In this document: positions 10,095-20,671 of the stretch, piece by piece | Layout of the letters: every line of letters begins with the position of its first letter | How positions within the stretch are numbered: the stretch's first letter is position 1 | The notes under the pieces: model-generated | Databases searched by the model: none | What the model saw: the letters and a program-made list of their open reading frames with translations, nothing else | Told to the model about the DNA's origin: nothing | Translations under genes and position numbers: made by a program | NCBI GenBank assembly: GCA_963707025.1 | Contig: CAVPOM010000005.1 | Span: forward strand, 448,001 to 512,000 | Direction: 5' to 3' | Source: an uncultured Verrucomicrobiae bacterium | GTDB lineage: Bacteria > Verrucomicrobiota > Verrucomicrobiia > Limisphaerales > Palsa-1400 | Length of the DNA: 64,000 bases

Positions 10095-13000
10095 ATGAAT
10101 CGAACCAGCAAGGCACTCGTCAAGGCGGCGATCACCGTCGGATTGTCGGTCCTGTCCGGCTGCGCCCATAAATCCCCGGCGCCCATACCAGACCAGCCAA
10201 AGCCCGCCCAAAGCCCAGGCAGCCCCCTCGAATCAGGTTTCAAAGACCCGCCGGACTCGGCCAAGCCGCGCGTCTGGTGGCACTGGACCGGAGGCAATGT
10301 GACCAAGGCCGGCATCACCAATGACCTGGAATGGATGAAACGCGTCGGCATCGGCGGCGCGCAAATGGCCGACATCGGCCAGAGCGGCGGGCAGACCATC
10401 ACCAATCCCATCACGTTTTTCACCCCAGAGTGGTTTGACGCCGTCAGACACGCCGCCGCCGAGTGCGACCGGCTGGGATTGGAGATGGCGATTTTTAGCT
10501 GCTCCGGCTGGAGCGAAACGGGCGGGCCGTGGGTGAAACCCGAACAGGCCATGAAGAAACTGGTCTGGAGCGAAATGGACGTGCAAGGGCCGATGAAATT
10601 CAACGACAAGCTCCCGCAACCGCCCACCAACACCGGAACTTTCGGCGGGCTGCGCGGACTGAATACCGGTCGCGGCGGTCGGGGAGGCGGGGCCGGTTTT
10701 GCCGGGCGCGGCGGCGCTGGCGACACGAACGCGCCGGGAGCGGCGGCGGCGCGTGGACGCCCCGGCGGAGCGGGCGGTCGCGGCGGTCGCGGCGCGCCGC
10801 CACCTACCTTCTACGGCGACAGCGCCGTCCTTGCTTTTCGCACACCGCCGGATGAAACGCTCATGGAGGACCTCAAGCCCAAGGTCACCAGCAACGGCGC
10901 GGAAATCGAAGGCGCGGCGCTCATGGACGACAACCTGAGCACGAGCGTCACCATCCCGGCCGGGCAGGATGGCGTTGGTTGGGTGCAGTACGAGTTTGCC
11001 CAGCCAATCCAGGCCCGCGCGGTCACGTTGATTGCGCAGGGGCGCGGCGTGCCGTTCGGTCAGATTCAAGTGAGCGACGACGGGACCAACTTCCGCACGG
11101 TCGTTGAAACGCCCGGGGCGGTGCAGTATCGCGCCGGTTCCTTGAAGACTTATGCGTTTCCCGAGACGACGACGCGATTTGTCCGGCTGCGAATGACCGG
11201 GGCAGGACCGGGGCCGGATGCCTCGATTTTTCAGTCGGAGCCGCAGCCGGCGGCCTCGTACGGGATCAGCGAATTCATTGTGCATACGGGCGCGAGGGTG
11301 GATCGCTGGGAGGAAAAGGCCGGCTTCAATTTCTTTTATCAATACGAGGTCGCGCCCACGCCGGCGGTCCCCGCCAGTTCGCTCATTCAACCGCGCGAGG
11401 TGATGGATCTGACCTCGAAGATGAACCCGGACGGGACCTTGAACTGGGAGGTGCCAGCGGGGAAGTGGACGATCCTGCGGATGGGCTATTCGCTGGTGGG
11501 GTCCATGAACCGGGCCGGCATGGCCGGCGGCCTGGGCTTGGAGGTGGACAAGCTCAACGCCAAGGACGTCGCCGCCTATTTTCATGGGTACATGGACCCG
11601 ATCCAGGAGGCAATGGGTCCGCTGCTGGGCAAGAGTCTGCGCTACATGGTGATGGATAGCTGGGAAGCGGGCATGCAGAACTGGACGGATGACATGATCG
11701 CCCAGTTCACCCGGCGGCGCGGATATGACCCGCGGCCGTACTTGCCGGTGCTGGCGGGGCGGGTCGTCGGCAGCGCGGATGTGAGCGATCGCTTCCTCTG
11801 GGATTTTCGCCGCACCATCGTGGATCTGCTCGCCGAAGCCCATTACGGCACGATGGACCGGTTGCTCAAGGAGAAGGGCATGGGCCTCTATTCGGAAGCG
11901 CCCGGCGTCTCGATGGAGATCCTCGAAGACACGCTGCTCACCAAGAGCAAAGTGGATGTGCCCATGGGCGAATTCTGGCTCGGCCGGATGCATCCGGCGC
12001 CGGAGTATTATGTGGACAACCGCATGGCCGCTTCGGCGGCGCATGTGTATGGCAAGCAGTTCGTGGGGGCCGAGTCCTTTACCGGCGGCGGTTATGAGGC
12101 GCCGGCCACTTACAAGAACCTGGCCGACTACTGGTTTGCGCAAGGCATCAACCGCATCTGCTTCCACTCCTCCGCGCAGCAGCCTCTCGACACCAAGCCC
12201 GGCAACACCATGGTCGGAACCCACTTTAATCGCAACATCACCTGGGCGGAGCAGGCCAAGCCGTTTGTCTCCTACCTGTCGCGCGTCCAGTTCCTGCTGT
12301 CGCAGGGGCTGTTCGTGGCTGATTTCGCCTACCTGCTCAATGAAGGGGCGCCTTCGAGTCAGCCGTTCTGGGGCGCGGGGCTGCAACCCTCGCCGCCGGA
12401 AGGATACGACTATGACACGATCAATGCCGACGCGCTCCTCAACCTGGCTTCGGTGAGTAGTGACGGACGCATGGTGCTGCCGGACGGGATGAGCTACCGG
12501 GTGCTCGTGCTGCCGCAGATTGACCGCATTCGTCCCGAATTGTTGCGGAAGATTCGGGACCTGGTGGCCGGTGGCGTGACGTTCATCGGGCCCAGGCCCA
12601 CGCAGTCCCCCAGCCTGCAAGGAGGGTATGCAGAGGCGGACGCCGAAGTTCAAGCACTGGCCAATGAGATTTGGGGCGACCTGGACGGCGCGCAACGCAA
12701 CCGCCATTTCTATGGCAAGGGGCTGGTAACCTGGGGATTAACACCCGAACAAGTCGTGGCCGAGGCGGACCCGCAGCTTATCAATCCCTTGACCGGCGCG
12801 TTGCCGCCCGAAACCGTCACTGCCTCGCTCAACCTTCCCAAGGACGCGGAGTTTGCCGGGCCGCTGGATGCGAGCGTGGTCTGGATTCACCGGCGCACAA
12901 GCGAGGCCGACATCTATTTCGTCGCCAATCGCCGCGATCGCGCGCAGGAGATCGGGGCTCGGTTCCGCGTGGCCGGCAAGGAAGCCGAACTTTGGCATCC

Positions 13001-13676
13001 GGACACGGGGGGCATCGAGCCGGCGTCCTACACGATTGAAAACGGCCGGACCACCGTGCCGCTGCGCCTTGAAGCGCGTGAGTCGGTGTTCGTAGTGTTC
13101 CGGCATTCGGCCGCCAATCCGTCGCGCTTCCTTGCGGCAGTCAAGTCGAAGACCATTGCGACCGTGGCCGGGGCCTGGGATGTTTCCTTCCCGGCGAATT
13201 GGGGCGCGCCGGACAAGATTCAACTCGACCCGCTCGAGTCCTGGACCGCCAATGCCGACGAAGGCGTGAAGTATTTCTCCGGCACCGCCACTTACCTTAA
13301 GACGGTGCAGGCCGCGCCATCGTGGTTCGGCCAGGGGGCAAGGCTCTGGCTGGATCTGGGAGCGGTCGGTGATATGGCCGAAGTGTCGGTCAACGGCAAG
13401 ACCCTCGGCATCCTATGGAAGCCGCCCTACCGGGTGGATGTGACTGACTCGCTGAAACCGGGCGCGAACCAGCTCGAAATCAAAGTCACCAATGAGTGGA
13501 ACAATCGAATTGTCGGCGACCGCGGCGCCACGCCGGCCAAGCGCGTGCTGGCGCAAGCCGGCGGCAGAGGCGGTTTCGGCGGTTTCGGCGGCCGCGGCGG
13601 CGGCGGCCTGGCTAATTCCGGCCTGCTCGGCCCGGTCACCGTCATTGCCACGACCACCGCATCAACCCCCAACTGA
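10095..13676 (+). CDS. GH106-type alpha-L-rhamnosidase/glycoside hydrolase, lipoprotein
   Basis: Lipobox LSGC, KPRVWWHWTGGNVT, SGWSETGGPWV, GLEVDKL, DSWEAG, PMGEFW, C-terminal SGLLGPV; two RGG-rich inserts. Confidence 0.85.
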   Translation: MNRTSKALVKAAITVGLSVLSGCAHKSPAPIPDQPKPAQSPGSPLESGFKDPPDSAKPRVWWHWTGGNVTKAGITNDLEWMKRVGIGGAQMADIGQSGGQTITNPITFFTPEWFDAVRHAAAECDRLGLEMAIFSCSGWSETGGPWVKPEQAMKKLVWSEMDVQGPMKFNDKLPQPPTNTGTFGGLRGLNTGRGGRGGGAGFAGRGGAGDTNAPGAAAARGRPGGAGGRGGRGAPPPTFYGDSAVLAFRTPPDETLMEDLKPKVTSNGAEIEGAALMDDNLSTSVTIPAGQDGVGWVQYEFAQPIQARAVTLIAQGRGVPFGQIQVSDDGTNFRTVVETPGAVQYRAGSLKTYAFPETTTRFVRLRMTGAGPGPDASIFQSEPQPAASYGISEFIVHTGARVDRWEEKAGFNFFYQYEVAPTPAVPASSLIQPREVMDLTSKMNPDGTLNWEVPAGKWTILRMGYSLVGSMNRAGMAGGLGLEVDKLNAKDVAAYFHGYMDPIQEAMGPLLGKSLRYMVMDSWEAGMQNWTDDMIAQFTRRRGYDPRPYLPVLAGRVVGSADVSDRFLWDFRRTIVDLLAEAHYGTMDRLLKEKGMGLYSEAPGVSMEILEDTLLTKSKVDVPMGEFWLGRMHPAPEYYVDNRMAASAAHVYGKQFVGAESFTGGGYEAPATYKNLADYWFAQGINRICFHSSAQQPLDTKPGNTMVGTHFNRNITWAEQAKPFVSYLSRVQFLLSQGLFVADFAYLLNEGAPSSQPFWGAGLQPSPPEGYDYDTINADALLNLASVSSDGRMVLPDGMSYRVLVLPQIDRIRPELLRKIRDLVAGGVTFIGPRPTQSPSLQGGYAEADAEVQALANEIWGDLDGAQRNRHFYGKGLVTWGLTPEQVVAEADPQLINPLTGALPPETVTASLNLPKDAEFAGPLDASVVWIHRRTSEADIYFVANRRDRAQEIGARFRVAGKEAELWHPDTGGIEPASYTIENGRTTVPLRLEARESVFVVFRHSAANPSRFLAAVKSKTIATVAGAWDVSFPANWGAPDKIQLDPLESWTANADEGVKYFSGTATYLKTVQAAPSWFGQGARLWLDLGAVGDMAEVSVNGKTLGILWKPPYRVDVTDSLKPGANQLEIKVTNEWNNRIVGDRGATPAKRVLAQAGGRGGFGGFGGRGGGGLANSGLLGPVTVIATTTASTPN

Positions 13677-13761
13677 AGAGTGGGAGGCAGGCGTGCCCGG
13701 GCCTTTGCCAAGGGTTGCGGCTGCTTGGGGCCGCCACTCCTGGCAAAGGGAGGGTGAGGTG

Positions 13762-13848
13762 CGGTACACCCGTTACACCGTTACACCTGTTGATTATGAG
13801 CCACTTGCGAATTTCGGCCCCGTTACACCCCGTTACATCCCGATACAA
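13762..13848. repeat. Cluster of six CGTTACAC-like direct repeats (iteron-like)
   Basis: cggtacac 13762, cgttacac 13771, 13779 and 13821, cgttacat 13831, cgatacaa 13841. Confidence 0.8.
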
Positions 13849-14029
13849 TTGGGGCCTGTTTTGGCGCTGAACCCTGCTCAGCGGCCTTTCTGGCCACTGC
13901 CCGCCGGCATTTCCCGACGATCTCCCCGGCATAGGAGATGATAGATCGCGCCGGGATACTCAATGCTTATTTGGCGTGGCATCAGTCAAGCCTGCCGCTA
14001 AAAATGCACCGTCCCAAGTGCAAAACCGG

Positions 14030-14052
14030 GCAAATATATGGTTTGACCCCTT
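14030..14052 (+). repeat. Left copy of 23-bp inverted repeat bracketing the RHS array
   Basis: gcaaatatatggtttgacccctt; 22/23 identical to the reverse complement of 20671-20693. Confidence 0.9.
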
Positions 14053-14055
14053 GCA

Positions 14056-14328
14056 CGACGTTAGATTCCCGTTGCTGTCCAGCTTGGTCGTGGTTGTGTA
14101 AGCCCCGTTGCCGTCCACCCCGTAATCATACTCCACCCCCGCAACCGCCGTCCCCGTCACCCGGTAGGCCAACCCGTCCCCGTATTGCGTGTCCGTCTCC
14201 ATGCTGCCGTCCGGATAATAAATCGTGTGGGTCGGATCTCCGTTGGCGTCGAAACCGTAGGAGTTGGTCGTGATATTGCCCAGGGCATCGGCGGAATGGA
14301 GCAGCCGGCCGGCCGTGTCATAGCTGTT
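14056..14328 (-). pseudogene. Internal RHS/YD-repeat fragment
   Basis: NSYDTAGRLLHSADALGNITTNSY...YPDGS...VTGTAV...YDYGVD...LDSNGNLTS; no credible start or native C-terminus. Confidence 0.8.
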
Positions 14329-14392
14329 GGGCGAAGCACCCTTGCGTCGCAGCGATAATTGACAATGAAAATTGCAAAATGTCATTTTTCTA

Positions 14393-14404
14393 GGACTGAC
14401 CCCT
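14393..14404 (+). repeat. Third TGACCCCT-type end at an internal cassette junction
   Basis: ggactgacccct between the RHS fragment and the immunity gene, preceded by an imperfect palindrome tgaca...tgtca (14360-14384). Confidence 0.55.
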
Positions 14405-14507
14405 CGGCCTTTACCGATCAACCGAATATCTGATTACCATGCTCTACTTTGTGCCAGGCAAACTGAGGATTCCATGCTATTGAACCCACAAAAAACGTCG
14501 AAGAACC

Positions 14508-14906
14508 TCATTTGTCTTCTAGTTGACCCGGACCAAAGACTGTTGTTGTGCCAGCCAATCCGCCAGATCGAATAACCCAGTACCTGCCCTTGGCTTTATC
14601 AAAGAGCACTCGATAAAAAAACATGTCCCTTGCGTTGGGATTCCGAGGCACATCAAAGACCTCAACTCCCGTGCTGGAATCAAGCGGCATATCTTTGCCA
14701 TTCGATATAGGCAGACCCTCAACAGTGAATTCCGCGTGGCCAGCATAACGCTTTGATAGTATTGTTGCCATGTCGTGCGAAGGCGGCGCCTCCATTGGTG
14801 ATTGCAATTTACATCCTGCGAGTATGCTGATGAAGAACAAAATCAGTAGCCCAGGGACGCGGTCATATTTGGTGTTATGGAACAGTATATGGTGGTGCGA
14901 CATCAT
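14508..14906 (-). CDS. Putative immunity lipoprotein for the metallopeptidase-like RHS toxin tip
   Basis: Directly downstream of and overlapping the toxin C-terminus, low GC, hydrophobic stretch ending in lipobox LAGC; start uncertain. Confidence 0.6.
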   Translation of the reverse strand: MMSHHHILFHNTKYDRVPGLLILFFISILAGCKLQSPMEAPPSHDMATILSKRYAGHAEFTVEGLPISNGKDMPLDSSTGVEVFDVPRNPNARDMFFYRVLFDKAKGRYWVIRSGGLAGTTTVFGPGQLEDK

Positions 14907-15587
14907 AATATTGCGGTCTGCGATTATTAAGTCCAAGCTTTGCTCTGGCCTGGTCTTCAATGACGATTGTTGGATCGGTTGTCCCCCAGCCGATAGGTAG
15001 TGGGACGTTATTTCTATTAGCATAAATGTTCCAGCAAACAGTCGGATGCAGCTTTTGCTCAATCCCATGACCTACAAGTTCATGCCAAAGAACTACTGAA
15101 AAGGGAGCGCGCTCGTCACGGTATTGTGGTTGTCCAGTGCTGTCCAAGCCGTTATAAACCGGCAAAGGCACGCTGACGTTCTCGTTGATTCGAATCTCTC
15201 GACTCCACCAATGAATGTTCTGTTCGTAGGCGTTGTCTGTGAATGGGGCACGTATCATCTTGTAATTATGAAATGTATCGTTCAGACCCCAACTTAATTC
15301 TGACCACATGCTCCCGTTGCCTGCTTTGTGTATACGAATTTGCTCGTAGTTCCCTTGTAATCCCCAGTATACCCATTTAAGGTCAGCGCCCGTTAGATCA
15401 TCCAAAGCTTTAACTATAGCATTCTTAAATGCTAACGAGCTTTCGCGAGTCGTGATAAGTTCACCCAACACATCAATTTGGTTACAGAGATCGTTCATTG
15501 TAAAGGCGTATAGATTCTGTCCCCCATTTTCTTCGATCGGGTCTCTGGATGGCCACCTTCCCGTGCTCGGGTTGTAATATCTGCAGC
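14875..15587 (-). pseudogene. RHS core end plus C-terminal toxin, putative Zn metallopeptidase (M91/Tox-MPTase-like); cut off from its core by IS4
   Basis: [15 protein letters not shown]...NLYAF...DVLG cleavage region, then VLWHELVGH and [18 protein letters not shown]. Confidence 0.75.
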
Positions 15588-17038
15588 CACAGCCATCCCA
15601 CAGGAAATTGGAAAAAAGTGTTGGCTTGACCATTTGAACCTGCCACAAGGCAGGCATGAAAAACAAAAAAATCAAACCAACACGGTCCCGGTTTAACGTT
15701 TTGCGCCAGATTTGCAATCTCATTCCTGCGCATGAAGTCTCCAAAATAGCGCGGGAGACCGGGGCTCTGGATAAGTCGCGCACCTTCAGTCCGTGGAGTC
15801 ACACGGTCAGTTTGCTGGACGCGCAACTCACCCATTGCATCGGACTCAACGATCTGTGCGACTCGCTGCAATTGCATTCCGGGCCGCTGTCCACTTTGCG
15901 CGGCGCCAGCGCCCCCAGCCGCAACGGCCTCTCCCACGCCAACCGGGAGCGTCCGGCCCAGATGGCCGAACAACTCTTCTGGCGGGTCCTGGAGCATTTG
16001 AAAGCACAGACGCCCGGCTTTGCCGCGGGCCAGCGCCGTGGCCCCGCCTTCCGTTTCAAGATGCCCATCCATGTGATTGATAGCACGACCATGGAACTGG
16101 TGGCCAACTGCCTGGACTGGGCCAAGCACCGCCGGCGCAAGGCCGCCGCCAAAACCCATATGCGGTTGAATCTGCAGAATCTTTTGCCCGGTTTTGTCAT
16201 TGTGGACACTGCCGCCGAGCACGACAACCGACGGGCGCGGGAACTGTGCGCCGACTTGAAGAGCGGCGAAATCGCCTTGTTCGACAAGGGTTATGTGGAC
16301 TTCGGCCACTTGCGGGATTTGGACGGGCGCGGGGTCTTTTGGGTGACGCGGGCCAAGGAGAACATGGGCTATGAGGTGGTGCGGAAAATGCCCGCCTCCA
16401 GAGACCCGAAGATTTTGCGCGACGAAGTGATCGTCCTGAGCAACGAGAACAAACCCGCGCCGGAGTTGATGCGCCGGGTGGTGGCGCTGGTCGAGATTGA
16501 TGGAGAGGAACGGGAAATGACCTTCCTGACCAACAACCTGGAGTGGAGTCCGCGCAGCGTGGCCGACCTTTACCGCTGCCGCTGGCAGATCGAAGTCTTC
16601 TTCAAACAAATCAAGCAGACCTTGCAGTTGGCGGATTTTCTGGGCCACAACGCCAACGCCGTGCGCTGGCAGGTGTGGACGGCGCTGTTGACCTACGTGC
16701 TGTTGCGCTACCTCAGTCACCTCTCCAACTGGGCGCACAGCTTCACCCGGCTGTTCACGATTTTGCGGGCGGCGCTCTGGGAGAAATATGATCTGCTCAA
16801 TTTGCTGGCGTGCTATGGGACAGCAGGCGGCAGCTTTCGCCACTTGGCGCGGCCCGAGCAGGCGTATTTCCCCGGCTTCCAATAAAGCTATGGGACAGCA
16901 CACGCGCCCAAACAGGCGCATACCAAACCCAAAAGCCAAACTCGGAAAAATCAAAATCTCATTTTACCCCGAAGACCAATTAAACCCTTGCAAATGAACA
17001 GGTCAGCACCAGACTTTTCCCCTTATGAGACGGGTGTG
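15588..17038 (+). mobile_element. IS4-family insertion sequence (about 1451 bp)
   Basis: Imperfect terminal IRs cacagccatcccacagg / reverse complement cacacccgtctcataag; RHS homology stops and resumes exactly at these ends; no target duplication seen. Confidence 0.85.
15656..16885 (+). CDS. IS4-family DDE transposase (DUF4372-like N-terminus)
   Basis: IDST, FDKGY, and [12 protein letters not shown] (YREK signature). Confidence 0.93.
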   Translation: MKNKKIKPTRSRFNVLRQICNLIPAHEVSKIARETGALDKSRTFSPWSHTVSLLDAQLTHCIGLNDLCDSLQLHSGPLSTLRGASAPSRNGLSHANRERPAQMAEQLFWRVLEHLKAQTPGFAAGQRRGPAFRFKMPIHVIDSTTMELVANCLDWAKHRRRKAAAKTHMRLNLQNLLPGFVIVDTAAEHDNRRARELCADLKSGEIALFDKGYVDFGHLRDLDGRGVFWVTRAKENMGYEVVRKMPASRDPKILRDEVIVLSNENKPAPELMRRVVALVEIDGEEREMTFLTNNLEWSPRSVADLYRCRWQIEVFFKQIKQTLQLADFLGHNANAVRWQVWTALLTYVLLRYLSHLSNWAHSFTRLFTILRAALWEKYDLLNLLACYGTAGGSFRHLARPEQAYFPGFQ

Positions 17039-18255
17039 TATTTGGTCGAGAAGAAGAATGGATTGATAAGCGCCAATGGGCCGGTGGCGCGGATGAGTTC
17101 GCCAAAGGCCCCGTATTCGCATTGTTCCGCGATACTCCCGTTCGCAGCATTCACCAACGCCGTGACATTGCCATTCCCGTCATAACAGTAGAAATACGTC
17201 CCCGCATTCGCGCCGCTATAAACCCTCATCGAAATTAGCCCGCCCACGCCGCCTGCCCCTTGAGGCGAACCGCTCAGGTCCAGCCCCCATACGAACGAAT
17301 AGACCAGGTTGTCCCCGCCGTCCAATATCGCAACCACGTTCCAGCCGTCATAAACAAACCTGTTTGTAGAGGAATAAACCCAGCCGCTTCCGTTGTTGGT
17401 CGAAACAATCTTCTGGATGCGGCGGCCTATGTAATCATACGTGAAAGCAAGGTTCAACAATGACCCGCTTGGGCTGCCGCTCAGACTTGTCATGTTGGTC
17501 AGGCGGTTCTCGGCGTCCCAAGCATAGCTCCAACGACCATCACTGGTCTGATTTCCATCCAGATCGAAGCCGTAGGTCTCTGGCGTCTGGGGCAGGAAAA
17601 CGTGGCCGATGTTGGTCGTGCCAAACTCGGCGTTGGTCCCGTTGGTCAATGCGGCCAAAGTCGTCACCGTTTGATAGACCGGGCCGGCGGTGTTGGTAAT
17701 CGGCAGTTGCCGCCAGAAATAATTCGTCTTGCGATAGGCCAGGGTTTGGTCCACCCACACGGTCGCCGTGTTGGTCGCGCTGCCGATAATGTCCACCGCG
17801 CCCGGAACCGTCCGACTCGCGTATTCGTTCAAACTGTTGGCGCTGTAACTGGCCTGGCGCTGGTTGGCCCCGTTTTGATCCCCCCCAGCCAACGTCATCC
17901 GGCGGTTGCCGATGTTGTCGAAACCGTAACCGAACTGCTGCCCCGCCACCACCGAATTGTCCGGCCATTTCTTCACCGCATTAGTCACCTGGCCGAGGGC
18001 ATCATACCCATACACCCAATAGGTATTGTCCACAACCGTCACCGCCGTCTTCTGGTTGGCCGCATTGTACTGGTACAGGTAATTAACCACAGATGACCCG
18101 GATGACACTGATGAGATCGCTGTCAGGCGGTTCAAAAAATCGTAACTGTTGCTCGTCGTCATTACCGTCGTTGCATTGCTCGCAAAGGTAATATGATCCA
18201 CCAAAGGCGAATTGGCAAGATACGAATACGTGGCCGAATTGGTGCCGTCGGAGAC
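17039..18255 (-). pseudogene. Orphan RHS core 3-prime segment (module 2), interrupted by IS4
   Basis: YD repeats from VSDGTNSATYSY to INPFFFSTKY; collinear paralog of 18761-20671. Confidence 0.88.
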
Positions 18256-18291
18256 CTCTGCCGCTGCAACATCCATTTCGTAGGCGCGATA

Positions 18292-18756
18292 CTAATGGTT
18301 GCCCTCCAGTTTCTGCATCGGAATGAGAAAACAGCCATTGGTCAAAACTCCTCCTGTGAGCTTCCCTTCGAGTATGAACTGACCTTTGTATTCGTCGTCA
18401 AAATCGGTAATCCGCCCTGACAAGCCTAAACCATACATACCACTGTAATCTCCGTAGACGTTAGAGTATCCCGTGCATTTCAAAGTGAACCTGGTCGACC
18501 AATTCTTGTGAAGCCCGGCGATTTTAATGACGCCGTCATCACCCGATGGTGGAAGGTTCGAGGGGCCGGAGGACAATGACTTGGCGAACATCGCGTCTCG
18601 GTCCTGCCTCCACTCCGTCGTCACCCCTGCCAACGGCTCTTTGGTAGCGGCGTCAACGGCCCTAAAGCAAAGCGTGTGAGTGCAACCCATCGCCAACAAT
18701 GACAGGGTTCCCAACACGATTACCATCCGGACAGGAGAAGGAAGATTTCGATTCAT
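18292..18756 (-). CDS. Putative immunity lipoprotein for the hydrolase-like RHS toxin tip
   Basis: Starts 5 nt after the toxin stop; lipobox AMGC; VDAATKEPLAGV beta-sandwich-like start; low GC. Confidence 0.7.
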   Translation of the reverse strand: MNRNLPSPVRMVIVLGTLSLLAMGCTHTLCFRAVDAATKEPLAGVTTEWRQDRDAMFAKSLSSGPSNLPPSGDDGVIKIAGLHKNWSTRFTLKCTGYSNVYGDYSGMYGLGLSGRITDFDDEYKGQFILEGKLTGGVLTNGCFLIPMQKLEGNH

Positions 18757-18760
18757 AGGG

Positions 18761-20671
18761 CTAGTCCTTCAACACCTTGATCAGCCCCGCTTTGTAGATG
18801 CGTACAATATTGACGTGATTAATGCCGTTATCCTTCGGCCCTGGATTTACGTCCACTTGATCGGGTAGAAGCTTCGGGTTGCCCTTAAGAGGAATCCCGT
18901 GGATATGTATCCCGTGATAGACAGTGTTTCCATGGGTTTCATACCGGCTACTGAATTTTGTGACGCAGCTTGGTACGCTGGTGGGCGGCAATCGAAGCTT
19001 GGCTACCGGATCAATCACGTAGACATCTATTTCATGATTCCGCAGTGAAGAACGGCCAAGCCACCGTGACAGTTTGACAGCGGAAATACCACCCCAACTA
19101 TAGCCAAAAATCTTGATCGGCTCGGTGGGATTGAGGTTGCAATCGCCTGTGCCGGGTTCGGCGAGGAAATACTTGAGGAGATATTGATACGGATCCATTA
19201 TGTCGAGGGAACGGTATATGTGATCTCCGGCCCCAACGGCATCCGCAATTTCCTTCATTTGCTTATTGGCCGCGTTTGGAAAATTCCACCATGTGTCAGC
19301 CCCGTAAAATCCAACGATGACAAGTCCCAAATCATCAATCTGGTCAACAGGGTCATTCCCCACAAAGCCATACAGATTCGGCCCTCCTTCATCTTCCTCT
19401 GCCGGGTCCCGTCCAATCCAGCGTCCTGTTGAGGGGTTGTAATATCTGGCACCGTAGTAATAAAGGCCGGACTCCCAATCGTAAAACTTGGTGGAGAACA
19501 TGAAGGGGTTGAGCTTCGCCATGGGGCCTGTTGCTCTGATGACTTCACCGAAGGGGCCATATTCGTAATTGGCGGAAACGGCTCCTGTCGCGGCATTGAC
19601 AAGCGCAGTCACGTTTCCATTTCCATCATACGCGACAAAATGTACTGCGTTGCTCACGATGTTCTCAGTCAGCAAACCGCCTACACCTCCGGCGCCCTGC
19701 ATGTTCCCGCTCAGATCCGTTCCCCAGACGAATGAAGCCAGGAGAGCGGATGCAGGATTGAGAATCGCCACCGGATTCCATCCGTCATACACAAAACGGT
19801 TGGTGGATTGGGCGGCATAGCTCGTCCCGCTGTTCGTGGTCGTCGAAACAATCTTTTGAACCCTCCGCCCCATGTAATCGTACGTGAAATCCAATTTGTA
19901 CTGCGACGCGGCCGGGGTGTTGGTCAGGCTGGTCATGTTGACCAAGCGATTCTCCCCGTCCCAAGCGTAGGTCCAACGCCCGTCATTGGTCATGTTCCCA
20001 TCCGCATCATACCCGAATGTCTCCGGGTTCTTCGCCACAAACACGCTCCCCGCCACCGTCGTCTGCCCCGGCGCCGTCACCGTCACATTCGTCCACAACG
20101 CCGCCGAGGTGTTGTTGACCGCCAACTGCTCCCGGAAATACTCCCACTTCTGATACGCCGCCTGCCCGTTCACGCTCACTGTGTTGGTCGCCAGGCCCAG
20201 CCCCATCACGTCCGCATATCCCGGCACCCCGCGGCTGGCGATCTGGTTGAGCAGGTTGTTCGTGTAACCGGCCGCGCGCAGATTCGCCCCGGTCTGGTCG
20301 CCCCCGGTCTGCATCCCCGTGCGGTTGCCGATGGTGTCGAAGGCGTAAGCAAACTGTTGCCCCGCGTAAGGGGTACCGTCCCAGAAGTATTTCTTGGCGC
20401 TGGTCAATTGCCCCAGCGCGTCATACCCATAGAGCCAATAACTCCCGTCAATCAGCGTGACCCGCGTGCGCTGGCTCGCGGCGTTGTATTGGTAATTGAA
20501 ATTCAGTGCCGAGGTATTCCCCGTCAGGCGGTTGACATAATCGTATGTGTTCTGATTGGTCATCACGGCGGCGCCGTTGTGCGCAAAGACAATATGGTCC
20601 ACCAGCGCCGAATTGGCAAGGTACGAATACGTCGCGGAATTCGTTCCGTCCGAGACCACGCGAAGGCGCGA
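18761..20671 (-). pseudogene. Orphan RHS module 1: core 3-prime segment plus alpha/beta-hydrolase (lipase-like) toxin tip
   Basis: YD repeats, FSTKFYDWESGLYYYGARYYNP...DP...NLYGFVGNDPVDQIDDLG core; tip has GYSWGG (GxSxG), IDPV and NHVNI; N-terminal RHS part absent. The frame stays open through the flanking repeat to GTG 20695. Confidence 0.85.

Noticed and set aside
10233..12707. Long antisense ORFs (also 4624-6522, 34914-36605, 36651-38477, 43544-45262, 46103-47896, 59288-61207)
   Set aside because: Shadows of well-supported genes on the opposite strand, expected in high-GC coding DNA; no recognisable motifs
14875..15783. 302-aa ORF as one real gene
   Set aside because: Its first 65 or so codons are the antisense of the IS4 left end; only the part below 15588 is RHS
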